Assembly: GCA_017457225.1 (NCBI GenBank)
Contig: JAFTHW010000007.1
Coordinates: 3,876 to 67,875, forward strand
DNA: 64,000 bases
Direction: 5' to 3'
From: Clostridia bacterium
GTDB taxonomy: Bacteria > Bacillota > Clostridia > Christensenellales > Borkfalkiaceae
Shown: in pieces, positions 19,924 to 27,266 of the stretch
Layout of the letters: each line of letters begins with the position of its first letter
How positions within the stretch are numbered: the first letter of the stretch is position 1
Made by a program: the position numbers and the translations under genes
The notes under the pieces: model-generated
Told to the model about the DNA's origin: nothing
What the model saw: the letters and a program-made list of their open reading frames with translations, nothing else
The model's database searches: none

Positions 19924-20649
19924 TTAATTTTCTTGTTTTTCGGGCATAAACTTCCAATATCGCGCAGGCAGGTATCCGCGCATTTGTTTCAAACGTTCCC
20001 GCTCGGGAATATTGACGCTCGCATAATACCGTTTCCACAGCGCTTGCCACTCGGCTTCGTCGGCGGAAATTACGACATCCGTCCTGCCTAGGGGCGCGAC
20101 GAATACGTTTTTTCCGTCGTATACCGCCGCTTTTTTCCTCCCTACGTCGTGGAGAACGAACGGATATTCAGGGAGTCTTGCCTTAAAGTGTGGCACGAGC
20201 AAATCGCAAATATCGTGATCGGGCGAAAAGGGCGCGTAGAGCGCGCCGCTCGCGCTTTCCGTAAATCGGATAAACCCGTGAAATCTGTGAATTTCAAAAG
20301 CGACTTGCCGAATGGCGTCGTCCGCTTCTCGGGCGGCAACGTGAGCGAGCATTTTTCGCACGGGTCGCTTTTCCAGAGCGAGCAACCTACAGTAACGGAA
20401 CGCGATCATATCCCGATCCATTCGTCCGTTTCTAAATAGGAGTAAAAAATCGTGGGGAAAAGACGAGTCAAACTCCGTCAACCTTTTTTTCGCCTTTTCC
20501 GCCAAAACGCGAGAGGAGGGAACGAACACGCTGTGTTCCCCTAAAAGAAGTTGTGTTTGCGTAGACGAAAGAATGGCGTCGTCGTCGGAAAATCCCCGTA
20601 AGAACGCCGTAAAAAATCCGTCTTCCGTTCCGTCGAAAAAGTAAATCAT
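19924..20649 (-). CDS. Probable DNA-metabolism protein, the partner of the DNA repair/modification radical SAM enzyme (TIGR03915-like)
   Basis: The 241-aa protein is translationally coupled (ATGA overlap at 20646-20649) to the radical SAM gene. The family call rests on the gene-pair context and on sequence features such as FHGFIRF; it was not searched. Confidence 0.55.
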   Translation of the reverse strand: MIYFFDGTEDGFFTAFLRGFSDDDAILSSTQTQLLLGEHSVFVPSSRVLAEKAKKRLTEFDSSFPHDFLLLFRNGRMDRDMIAFRYCRLLALEKRPVRKMLAHVAAREADDAIRQVAFEIHRFHGFIRFTESASGALYAPFSPDHDICDLLVPHFKARLPEYPFVLHDVGRKKAAVYDGKNVFVAPLGRTDVVISADEAEWQALWKRYYASVNIPERERLKQMRGYLPARYWKFMPEKQEN

Positions 20650-21935
20650 AATTCCCCCGTCAGCGCGGCGACTGCGTTTGATCTCGTGGAAAGAAGCAAT
20701 TTTTCTTCCGTCAAAAGCGGAGTGGAGTCAAACAAATTTAATTGCTGGGCGGTTTCAGAGCATTCCGCCGCCGAAAGCAACCCGCGCACGATCCGTTCGT
20801 TTTCCGAGCCGAGAAATTTCCCGTCACATACGATAAAATGCTTGGCGCGTTTTAAAACCACTCGCATTTTTGCAAGATCCTCGAATTGCAGTGTTGTATA
20901 TCTTCTCGCGTGTATGATTTTCTGCGCGCTTCGGATCCCGATCCCCGGCACACGGAGCAAAACGTCGAGGGGAGCGCGGTTGATCTCCACGGGAAACAAA
21001 TGCAAATTTTTCAATGCCCAAGCGCATTTGGGATCAAATTCGGACGTTAAATTTTCCCCCTCGGCAACAAGCTCCTCCACGGTAAACCCGTAAAACCGAA
21101 GCAACCAGTCCGCTTGATACAACCGATGCTCCCGAAGCTGTCCGACGCATTTTTCAGGGAGTAGGGAATCGTGCACGACGGGCACGTAGGAAGAATAATA
21201 CACCCGCTTCATATCCATCGAGCGATACAGCGCCTGCGTGAGTCGCAAGATCTGCCCATCGGGTTCCGGCGAAGCGCCGATGATCATTTGCGTTGTCTGT
21301 CCGGCAGGCAAAAAATGTCCTTTCCGCTTCTCTTCCCGAAAGACGGCTTTTTGCACAGTCAGCTCCCGCATCGGCAACAGCAAACTCTCCTTGCTCTTTT
21401 GCGGTGCGAGAAGTTTTAAACTCTTTTCCGACGGCAACTCGATGTTATAGCTCATACGGTCGGCGTAAAGAGCCGCTTCCCGAATCAACGCCTTGTCCGC
21501 TCGAGGAATCCCCTTAAGATGAATATATCCGTGGAAACGGTATTCCGTCCGCAACTTCTTTACGGTGAGTACCAATCTCTCCATCGTGTAATCGGGAGTC
21601 TTACAAACTGCAGAAGAGAGGAAGAGTCCCTCTATGTAATTTCGTTTATAAAAATCGATGACTAGCTCGCAAATCTCGTCGGGAGTCGCCGTAACCCGCG
21701 GAACGTCCGCGTCCGAGCGGCTCGGGCAATATTTACAATGATAAATACAGTCGTTGCTCATCAAAATTTTCAAAAGCGAAATACACCGTCCGTCGGGCGT
21801 AAACGAATGGCAACATCCCGCAACGTACCCGTTGCCCATGCCGCCCGTATTCTTGCGCTTGCTCCCCGACGACGAACAGGACACGTCGTACTTCGCGCTC
21901 TCCGTTAAAATTCGCAACTTCTCTTCGCTAATCAT
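20646..21935 (-). CDS. Putative DNA modification/repair radical SAM protein (TIGR03916-like) with a C-terminal helix-hairpin-helix
   Basis: CIYHCKYC is a CX3CX2C cluster. The N-terminus is KLRILTESAKYDVSCSSSG. The HhH motif is LLRVPGIGIRSAQKII. I chose the start at ATG 21935 to avoid overlap with pnuC. Confidence 0.7.
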   Translation of the reverse strand: MISEEKLRILTESAKYDVSCSSSGSKRKNTGGMGNGYVAGCCHSFTPDGRCISLLKILMSNDCIYHCKYCPSRSDADVPRVTATPDEICELVIDFYKRNYIEGLFLSSAVCKTPDYTMERLVLTVKKLRTEYRFHGYIHLKGIPRADKALIREAALYADRMSYNIELPSEKSLKLLAPQKSKESLLLPMRELTVQKAVFREEKRKGHFLPAGQTTQMIIGASPEPDGQILRLTQALYRSMDMKRVYYSSYVPVVHDSLLPEKCVGQLREHRLYQADWLLRFYGFTVEELVAEGENLTSEFDPKCAWALKNLHLFPVEINRAPLDVLLRVPGIGIRSAQKIIHARRYTTLQFEDLAKMRVVLKRAKHFIVCDGKFLGSENERIVRGLLSAAECSETAQQLNLFDSTPLLTEEKLLLSTRSNAVAALTGEL

Positions 21936-22096
21936 AGTACGTTTATTATAACGCGAATCAATACAAAAGTCAAACATTTGTTCGCGTTTTTGCAAAAAAA
22001 GTAAAATAAAAAAATCCGCAACAAAACGCTGCGGAAAAGATAAAAGCATAGGGGCAGGTATGCGATGAAAAAGAAAACGACCTATCGTGTCCGTGT

Positions 22097-22792
22097 TTAT
22101 TTTTCTTGCTTTTGCCGTTTTTCCATTTTTTTCCAATTATAGAAAGAGTAGGTATCGTGACATAAAAACGCAGAGAAGCAAACGATCATAGGCAAATAGG
22201 AAAGATCGTTTACGGCGGCGAAGATCCAAAGTCCCACGAGTACGAGATCGTTGGCAACGTAAGCGAGCGCGTAATAAGGACTGCGGTAAATGAGCAAAAT
22301 CGCCGCGAAAAAGCTAGTCGTGACCGAAACGGTGCTCAACCATAAAACATTGGTATGGAAATATTTCAAAACAAAATAAAACACGACAGTCACAACGGCG
22401 GCCATTCCGCAGGTAAAGAGGAGTTTTTTCTTGCTCAACGAACCGATTTTCACTTCGGAAAATCCTTTATCGGAAGGATTTTTAAGCCAATGAATACAAG
22501 CGATGATGGCGCTGGGTGCGCTCATAAACAAATACGTCGCCATTTCTCCGTAGTAGCGGTTTCGGATGGAAATAATCCCGTAAAGAATACTAAAGAGAAT
22601 GATCAAAAACTGCCCGATCACGTTCCCTTTGGCGATAAAAATGAGCGCGGTGACGCCCACGAGGGAAGCGACGAGCGTGAGCGGATAAAAATCCCCGCTG
22701 CATAAAAAGGAGATTAAAATGAGGCAAAAAGAAAAGCCCCACAATCCCCACTCGAATTTAGAAAAATAGCTCAGATACTTTTTGAGTTTCAT
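22097..22792 (-). CDS. pnuC: Polytopic membrane protein, probably a PnuC-type nicotinamide riboside transporter
   Basis: It has about 7 TM helices, a size of ~231 aa, and a PnuC-like pattern (IAKGNVIGQ, RYYGEM, WLKNP). The promoter TTGACT-17-TATAAT lies upstream. Confidence 0.5.
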   Translation of the reverse strand: MKLKKYLSYFSKFEWGLWGFSFCLILISFLCSGDFYPLTLVASLVGVTALIFIAKGNVIGQFLIILFSILYGIISIRNRYYGEMATYLFMSAPSAIIACIHWLKNPSDKGFSEVKIGSLSKKKLLFTCGMAAVVTVVFYFVLKYFHTNVLWLSTVSVTTSFFAAILLIYRSPYYALAYVANDLVLVGLWIFAAVNDLSYLPMIVCFSAFLCHDTYSFYNWKKMEKRQKQEK

Positions 22793-22981
22793 ACAATATT
22801 GCTCCAATAAAACTGAGTTTATTATATCGCGTTTTCTTTATAAAGTCAATTAAATAAAGCTTACAATGATAGGAGGTGTTCGCGCAAGAGAAAAATGTAG
22901 AAAATTATATGCATACGCTTGTAAAAAAAGGAAAAATATGTTACAATAATGGAGTTCAAATACATAGGACAAGGAGAGAAT

Positions 22982-24649
22982 ATGGATATTTTTAATGCAA
23001 TTTTGATCCTGCTCGCAGGCTGCGGTGTATTCATCGCGGGTATGAATATGCTCAGCGACGGTTTGGAGCACAGCGCGGGCGGGGGAATGAAAAAGTTGCT
23101 CGGCAAGATCAGCAACAACCGGTTTGCGGGGGTAGGTATCGGCGCGGCGGTGACGGGAATCATTCAAAGCTCGTCGGCAACGAGCGTTATGGTCATCGGT
23201 CTTGTCAACGCAGGGGTTATGACGTTGACGCAGGCGACCGCCATCATTATGGGTGCGAACATCGGTACGACGGTCACGGGTATTTTGGTGTCGTTGAAAT
23301 CATTAAACATTTCGCTGTATATGACTCTTTTGGCGTTTATCGGCGTTATGATGACGTTCTTTAAAAAAGAGCGGATCAAACAAATCGGTGGGATCTTATG
23401 CGGTTTGGGTTTAATTTTCGTGGGTCTGGATCTAATGAGTAGCGCCTTCGGCGGCTCGGGATTAGAACAGTTTTTCCAAGAAAAAGTATTTAGCAATATC
23501 AAATTCCCGCTTTTGTTGATTTTCTGCGGTATGGCGTTCACGGCATTGATTCAAAGCTCTTCTGCGGCAACGGGTTTGTTTATCGTTATGGTCGGCGCAG
23601 GCGCGTTGGAGCTAGAGAGCGCGTTGTTCTTAGTGCTCGGCTCTAACATCGGTACGTGTATTACGGCGGTGCTTGCGGCGCTCGGCACGGGCGTAAACGC
23701 AAAGCGCGCTGCGCTCATCCACTTGACGTTTAACGTAATCGGTACGATCCTGTTCACGATTTTCCTTTGGATTTTTACCGATCCCATTATCAAACTGTTC
23801 GATAAGATTCTTCCCGGCAATCCGCAAATGCAGCTCGCTTGGTTCCACGTAATCTTCAACGTAACGACGACGATCATTCTCTTGCCGTTCGTGAAACAGT
23901 TGGTACAATTCGCTTCCATTGTCATTCAAGAGAAAAAGGCGGAGGAAACGCCTGCTCGCCATTTAAAATACGTGGATGAAAGACTTCTCAAAGCGCCTTC
24001 GATTGCGGTTATGCAGGTCAAGAAAGAAATCGAATGTATGGCGGATACAGTTAGAAACAATTTAGAAAAATCGTTTGAAGCGTTACGTTTGCAATCGGAC
24101 AAATACGGCGCGGAGTTGTATGAAAATGAAGAGATGATCGACTTTACGAACAATGCGGTGAATAAATATCTCATTCGCCTTTCCGCCCTCGTGGATACGA
24201 AGGACGAAAAGAAAATCGGCGCGTATTTCCACGTTTTGAACGACTTAGAGCGTATCGGCGATCACGCGGAAAACTTCTACGAAATCGGAACGCAAATGAA
24301 GAAACAAGACCTCGTATTTTCCGAGACGGCGATTTCCGAGATCCAAGAAATGCAGAATAAAGTACTCCGTATGTTCGAGATCGCGGAAGAAGCGTTCGAC
24401 AACATGAAAACCGACCGCTTGAGCGAGTTGACGGCGCTCGAAAACGAAGTGGACGGTATGAAACGCTCGTTGTCCGCAAACCACGTCGCTCGCCTTTCGG
24501 AGGGGACTTGCAAGGTGGAGCTCAGCGCGTATTTCTTCTCCACCGTATCGGGTTTGGAGCGCGTTGCCGATCACCTCGTCAACGTCGGTTACAGTATCCT
24601 CAATCCCACAGGCTCGCAGAGTATCGCCAAACAAGAAGGCAGTTTATAA
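22982..24649 (+). CDS. Na/Pi cotransporter family protein with a C-terminal PhoU-like domain
   Basis: The IQSSSA(T/A) motif is duplicated (GIIQSSSATSVM, ALIQSSSAATGL). A PhoU-like repeat ERIGDHAENF / ERVADHLVNV is present. RBS AAGGAGAG precedes ATG 22982. Confidence 0.85.
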   Translation: MDIFNAILILLAGCGVFIAGMNMLSDGLEHSAGGGMKKLLGKISNNRFAGVGIGAAVTGIIQSSSATSVMVIGLVNAGVMTLTQATAIIMGANIGTTVTGILVSLKSLNISLYMTLLAFIGVMMTFFKKERIKQIGGILCGLGLIFVGLDLMSSAFGGSGLEQFFQEKVFSNIKFPLLLIFCGMAFTALIQSSSAATGLFIVMVGAGALELESALFLVLGSNIGTCITAVLAALGTGVNAKRAALIHLTFNVIGTILFTIFLWIFTDPIIKLFDKILPGNPQMQLAWFHVIFNVTTTIILLPFVKQLVQFASIVIQEKKAEETPARHLKYVDERLLKAPSIAVMQVKKEIECMADTVRNNLEKSFEALRLQSDKYGAELYENEEMIDFTNNAVNKYLIRLSALVDTKDEKKIGAYFHVLNDLERIGDHAENFYEIGTQMKKQDLVFSETAISEIQEMQNKVLRMFEIAEEAFDNMKTDRLSELTALENEVDGMKRSLSANHVARLSEGTCKVELSAYFFSTVSGLERVADHLVNVGYSILNPTGSQSIAKQEGSL

Positions 24650-24661
24650 TCCCGTTTTGAC

Positions 24662-24698
24662 AAAGAAAAGAAGCAAGCGCGCCTTGCTTCTTTTCTTT
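24662..24698 (+). terminator. Intrinsic terminator
   Basis: A 16-bp stem AAAGAAAAGAAGCAAG / CTTGCTTCTTTTCTTT has loop CGCGC. Confidence 0.75.
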
Positions 24699-24735
24699 GT
24701 TGAGAAGATTTTTCCAAAAAAGTTCTCTCAAACGC

Positions 24736-24793
24736 TTGATTGTCATAAAAATATATGATATAATTAAAATTGTCATAACAAAATGTGACAATT
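24736..24793 (+). promoter_or_regulatory. Sigma-A promoter (TTGATT-17-TGaTATAAT) followed by a palindromic operator-like site AATTGTCA-N10-TGACAATT
   Basis: The -35 is at 24736-24741 and the -10 at 24759-24764. Inverted-repeat arms lie at 24768-24775 and 24786-24793, and a third TTGTCA copy overlaps the -35. Confidence 0.5.
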
Positions 24794-24818
24794 CAAAAAA
24801 GCGTGAGGGAACGCAAAA

Positions 24819-25571
24819 ATGGAAGAAACGAAAGAAAGAAAAGTCGTAAAAAAGCGCAAATGGTGGTTCAAGCTCTTAAAGAAGCTTATGAAAGGGCGGT
24901 ATAAAGAGCCGGAATTTATTTATCTTGGAGAAAAATTTACGACGGGGAGTATTATTTTAAGCAACCACGAGGGTACGGACGCGCCGATGTCGTTGGAGAT
25001 TTGGTGTGACGTTCCGATGCGGATGTGGGGCGCGCACGAAATGAATTCAGGGCTTATCAAGATGTATAAATACCAAACTCGCGTGTATTATCACGAAAGA
25101 AAGGGATGGAACTTGCACCTTGCGCGGTTGTTTTGTTTGATCGCGACTCCGCTCACGAATTTATTCTATAAAGGATTAAATCTGATTTCGACGTATCGGG
25201 ACGGACGGTTTTTAAAGACCTTGCGCGAGAGCGTATCCGCCTTAAAAGAGGGGCAGAACGTAGTGATCTTCCCCGAGAACGCAACGAACGGTTATTTGGA
25301 GGAGCTGGAAGACTTTTGGTTAGGCTTTACGATGCTGGGAGAAACGTGCCTGAAAAAGGGAATGGACATACCCGTGTACGTAACGTACTTCAAAAAGAAA
25401 GATCTGCAATACGTAGTGGACGCGCCGATCAAGTATTCCGATTTAATGCAGGGCGGAGCGAGTCGGGAAGAGATCGCCAAGCGTCTTTTGAATCGCTGTA
25501 ACGAGCTGGGTAAAATGGAATTTAAGGATACGCCCATCGAGCAAGAAGCGGCGGTAACCGAAGACAAATAA
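24819..25571 (+). CDS. Lysophospholipid (PlsC-family) acyltransferase
   Basis: An HX4D motif NHEGTDAP and the downstream VVIFPENATNG block are present. Confidence 0.7.
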   Translation: MEETKERKVVKKRKWWFKLLKKLMKGRYKEPEFIYLGEKFTTGSIILSNHEGTDAPMSLEIWCDVPMRMWGAHEMNSGLIKMYKYQTRVYYHERKGWNLHLARLFCLIATPLTNLFYKGLNLISTYRDGRFLKTLRESVSALKEGQNVVIFPENATNGYLEELEDFWLGFTMLGETCLKKGMDIPVYVTYFKKKDLQYVVDAPIKYSDLMQGGASREEIAKRLLNRCNELGKMEFKDTPIEQEAAVTEDK

Positions 25572-25574
25572 CAT

Positions 25575-25610
25575 AAAACACGGCGGCGTTGAACAACGCC
25601 GCCGTGTTTT
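25575..25610. terminator. Bidirectional terminator
   Basis: Stem AAAACACGGCGGCGTT / AACGCCGCCGTGTTTT has loop GAAC. Confidence 0.8.
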
Positions 25611-25624
25611 ATGTTTAGATATCC

Positions 25625-25822
25625 TTAAAATTTTCTTTGATAAAGTTCTCCTGCAATTTGAAAGAACAAATCTCTTTTTTCACGAAAATCGTTATACAAT
25701 TCTTTTTGCTTTTCGTCTAAAGAGTCCGCCAAATCGTTTTCCGCGATCCACATTTGGCTTTGCGCAACTCGAAAGTCATAGTCCATATCGTCGCGGATTT
25801 TTTCTGCCATTTTGCCGATCAT
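25625..25822 (-). CDS. 65-aa hypothetical protein; possibly the remainder of a 77-codon ORF (to 25858) interrupted by an in-frame TAA
   Basis: The ORF has no SD of its own. A strong AGGAGG RBS serves ATG 25858, which is in frame and is stopped by TAA after 7 codons (MKKKFTN*). Confidence 0.4.
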   Translation of the reverse strand: MIGKMAEKIRDDMDYDFRVAQSQMWIAENDLADSLDEKQKELYNDFREKRDLFFQIAGELYQRKF

Positions 25823-25869
25823 TTGTCCGATTTCTTAATTGGTAAATTTCTTTTTCATAAAACCTCCTA

Positions 25870-25903
25870 AAATAAAAAAGTGCGCCAACCGAAGTCAACG
25901 CAC
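25870..25903 (-). terminator. Intrinsic terminator on the minus strand, immediately upstream of an RBS (attenuator-like)
   Basis: The minus-strand RNA GUGCGUUGAC-UUCG-GUUGGCGCAC forms a 10-bp stem with G-U pairs and a UUCG loop, followed by UUUUUUAUUUU. The plus-strand version has 3 C-A mismatches. Confidence 0.55.
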
Positions 25904-26270
25904 CGAAAAATGCGAAACTCCAAGTTGTCGCCAAACGAACTTTATCGCAAGTATAAGCATAGCCATACTATCGAACGGGAGTCGCACTTTTACCAAATGG
26001 ATATCTGTTCGATTAGTATGAAGAATAGGAGCATAATTATCCTATAAAAGAAACTACGTCTATTTGCGATAATATTAAATTCGTTTGGCTTATTTAGTAT
26101 AGCACATATAAAAAGTTTTATCAAGCAATTTTACGAAATTTTACGCAAGGAAGATAAAAATAAAAAATGTAAATGGATGCAAAATTAACGATACCCATAA
26201 TTTAATGCAAACAAAAAGAGCCTACTTTCATGGAAAGCAAAAACTCTCGAGAAGCAGGCTCTTGATCGTA

Positions 26271-26615
26271 TTAAATTTTTTCTTTCAAAGTTTTGCAGCT
26301 TGAAATCAGCATTCGTCTAATTCGACCGCAAAGGTTACGGAACTTTTTGAATGTTTCTTCGTTTATGGCATTTGTGTTAAACAGTAGTTTTAACCACCCT
26401 TCTGTTTCACTACATTCCTTAAGTGCTATTTCAAACTTGGAAACCATATCCAACTTGCTCTGTCCGTAATTGGCTTCACGGATATTGGCATAAACACTGC
26501 TTAAACTTTTACGGATTTGAAATAAAGTATTTGACGAGGCTTTTATCTTTTGACAAAGTAGTTCTATTTCGGTGGCAAGTTGTTCGAAATAAATGAGCAA
26601 GTAATTCTTTGACAT
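26271..26615 (-). CDS. Four-helix-bundle protein (TIGR02436 / 23S rRNA intervening-sequence protein / Avd-like family)
   Basis: The protein is 114 aa. The pattern ...SSVYANIREANYGQSK.D....F.IALKECSETEGWLKLL is typical of this family. RBS AGAGGTG precedes ATG 26615. Confidence 0.7.
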   Translation of the reverse strand: MSKNYLLIYFEQLATEIELLCQKIKASSNTLFQIRKSLSSVYANIREANYGQSKLDMVSKFEIALKECSETEGWLKLLFNTNAINEETFKKFRNLCGRIRRMLISSCKTLKEKI

Positions 26616-26628
26616 ATATAACACCTCT

Positions 26629-27046
26629 TTATGTGTATTATATCACAAAGTTTAACTAAATCAAGGCATTAGCCTTGTATATCATCAATTTCGGAGAAAT
26701 TGCATATCACCAACACAGGGTGTTGTATATCATCATTGCGAAAGAGGATACAGCCTACGGCTGATGATATGCACTTTGGGTGATGATATCCAGACCTACG
26801 GTCTGATGATATACCATCGCTTTCGCAATGGATAAATATGTGTGTATTATATCACAAAGTTTAACTAAATCAAGGCAGTAGCCTTGTATATCATCAATTT
26901 CGGAGAAATTGCATATCACCAACACAGGGTGTTGTATATCATCATTGCGAAAGAGGATACAGCCTACGGCTGATAATATGCACTTTGGGTGATGATATCC
27001 AGACCTGCGGTCCGATGATATACCATCGCTTTCGCAATGGATAAAA
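26629..27046 (-). repeat. Tandem direct duplication, 2 x 209 bp (4 substitutions). Each unit holds six hairpin-plus-9-mer modules and a promoter
   Basis: Copy 1 is 26629-26837 and copy 2 is 26838-27046. The 9-mers are ATATCATCA x3 then TGATGATAT x3 (plus strand). Minus-strand promoters TTGATT-16-TGaTATAAT lie at 26637-26664 and 26846-26873. Confidence 0.9.
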
Positions 27047-27074
27047 AAAGTCGTATCAACTGATACGACTTTTT
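27044..27074. terminator. Terminator directly after tRNA-Ser (usable in both directions)
   Basis: An 8-bp stem GTCGTATC / GATACGAC is flanked by A6 and T5 runs. Confidence 0.7.
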
Positions 27075-27164
27075 TGGCGCAGAGAACAGGATTTGAACCT
27101 GCGGTGAGCTTCCACCCACACACGATTTCCAATCGTGCTCCTTAAACCACTCAGACATCTCTGC
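27075..27164 (-). tRNA. tRNA-Ser (anticodon GGA), class II with a long variable arm and encoded CCA
   Basis: I folded it manually. The acceptor is GCAGAGA/TCTCTGC, the anticodon arm CACGA-TTGGAAA-TCGTG, the T arm GCAGG-TTCAAAT-CCTGT, and the 3' end is GCCA. Confidence 0.85.
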
Positions 27165-27266
27165 AAATATAAGCGTTATCGCGCAACGCTTATTTATATT
27201 ACTGTATTTTTTGAAAAAAGGCAAGCGTTTTTAAGCGGACTTTTATAAAATTCTCAAAAAAACTTC

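Noticed and set aside
21936-22136. A 67-codon N-terminal extension of the radical SAM ORF. Similar track extensions exist for glnA 19833-19886, tsaE 53394-53462, UPF0210 37373-37489, yhbY 62808-62861 and ddl 57333-57350.
   Set aside because: The extensions overlap neighbouring genes or promoters, lack RBSs, and add residues foreign to the families. Internal ATGs with AGGAG-type RBSs fit better.
22808-22981. An NAD+ or pnuC-motif riboswitch upstream of pnuC.
   Set aside because: The predicted 5' UTR after the TTGACT-17-TATAAT promoter is only ~25 nt, leaving no room for an aptamer.
25835-25837. The in-frame TAA as evidence for stop-codon reassignment.
   Set aside because: TAA terminates many well-supported genes in this window (e.g. 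gnpA, the giant gene, ddl), so a recoded genetic code is not tenable.
26271-27046. Diversity-generating retroelement: Avd-like four-helix-bundle gene plus two near-identical repeats read as TR/VR.
   Set aside because: No reverse transcriptase is present in the window. The 4 differences between copies are T>G, G>A, A>G and T>C rather than adenine-specific. The repeats are non-coding and directly adjacent.
26629-27046. CRISPR array (also considered for 45892-46273).
   Set aside because: The units abut with no unique spacers, they are far longer than CRISPR repeats, and no cas genes are present.
25612-27170. Prophage or integrative element inserted at tRNA-Ser (and likewise at tRNA-Leu, 45885-47364).
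   Set aside because: There are no integrase, recombinase, transposase or phage genes. No direct repeat of the tRNA 3' end bounds either islet; the tRNA-Leu copies are inverted, not direct.
26755-27224. Minus-strand ORFs of 125 aa and 86 aa covering the 209-bp repeats and tRNA-Ser.
   Set aside because: They read through a tRNA gene and its terminator. Their similarity to each other only reflects the DNA duplication.
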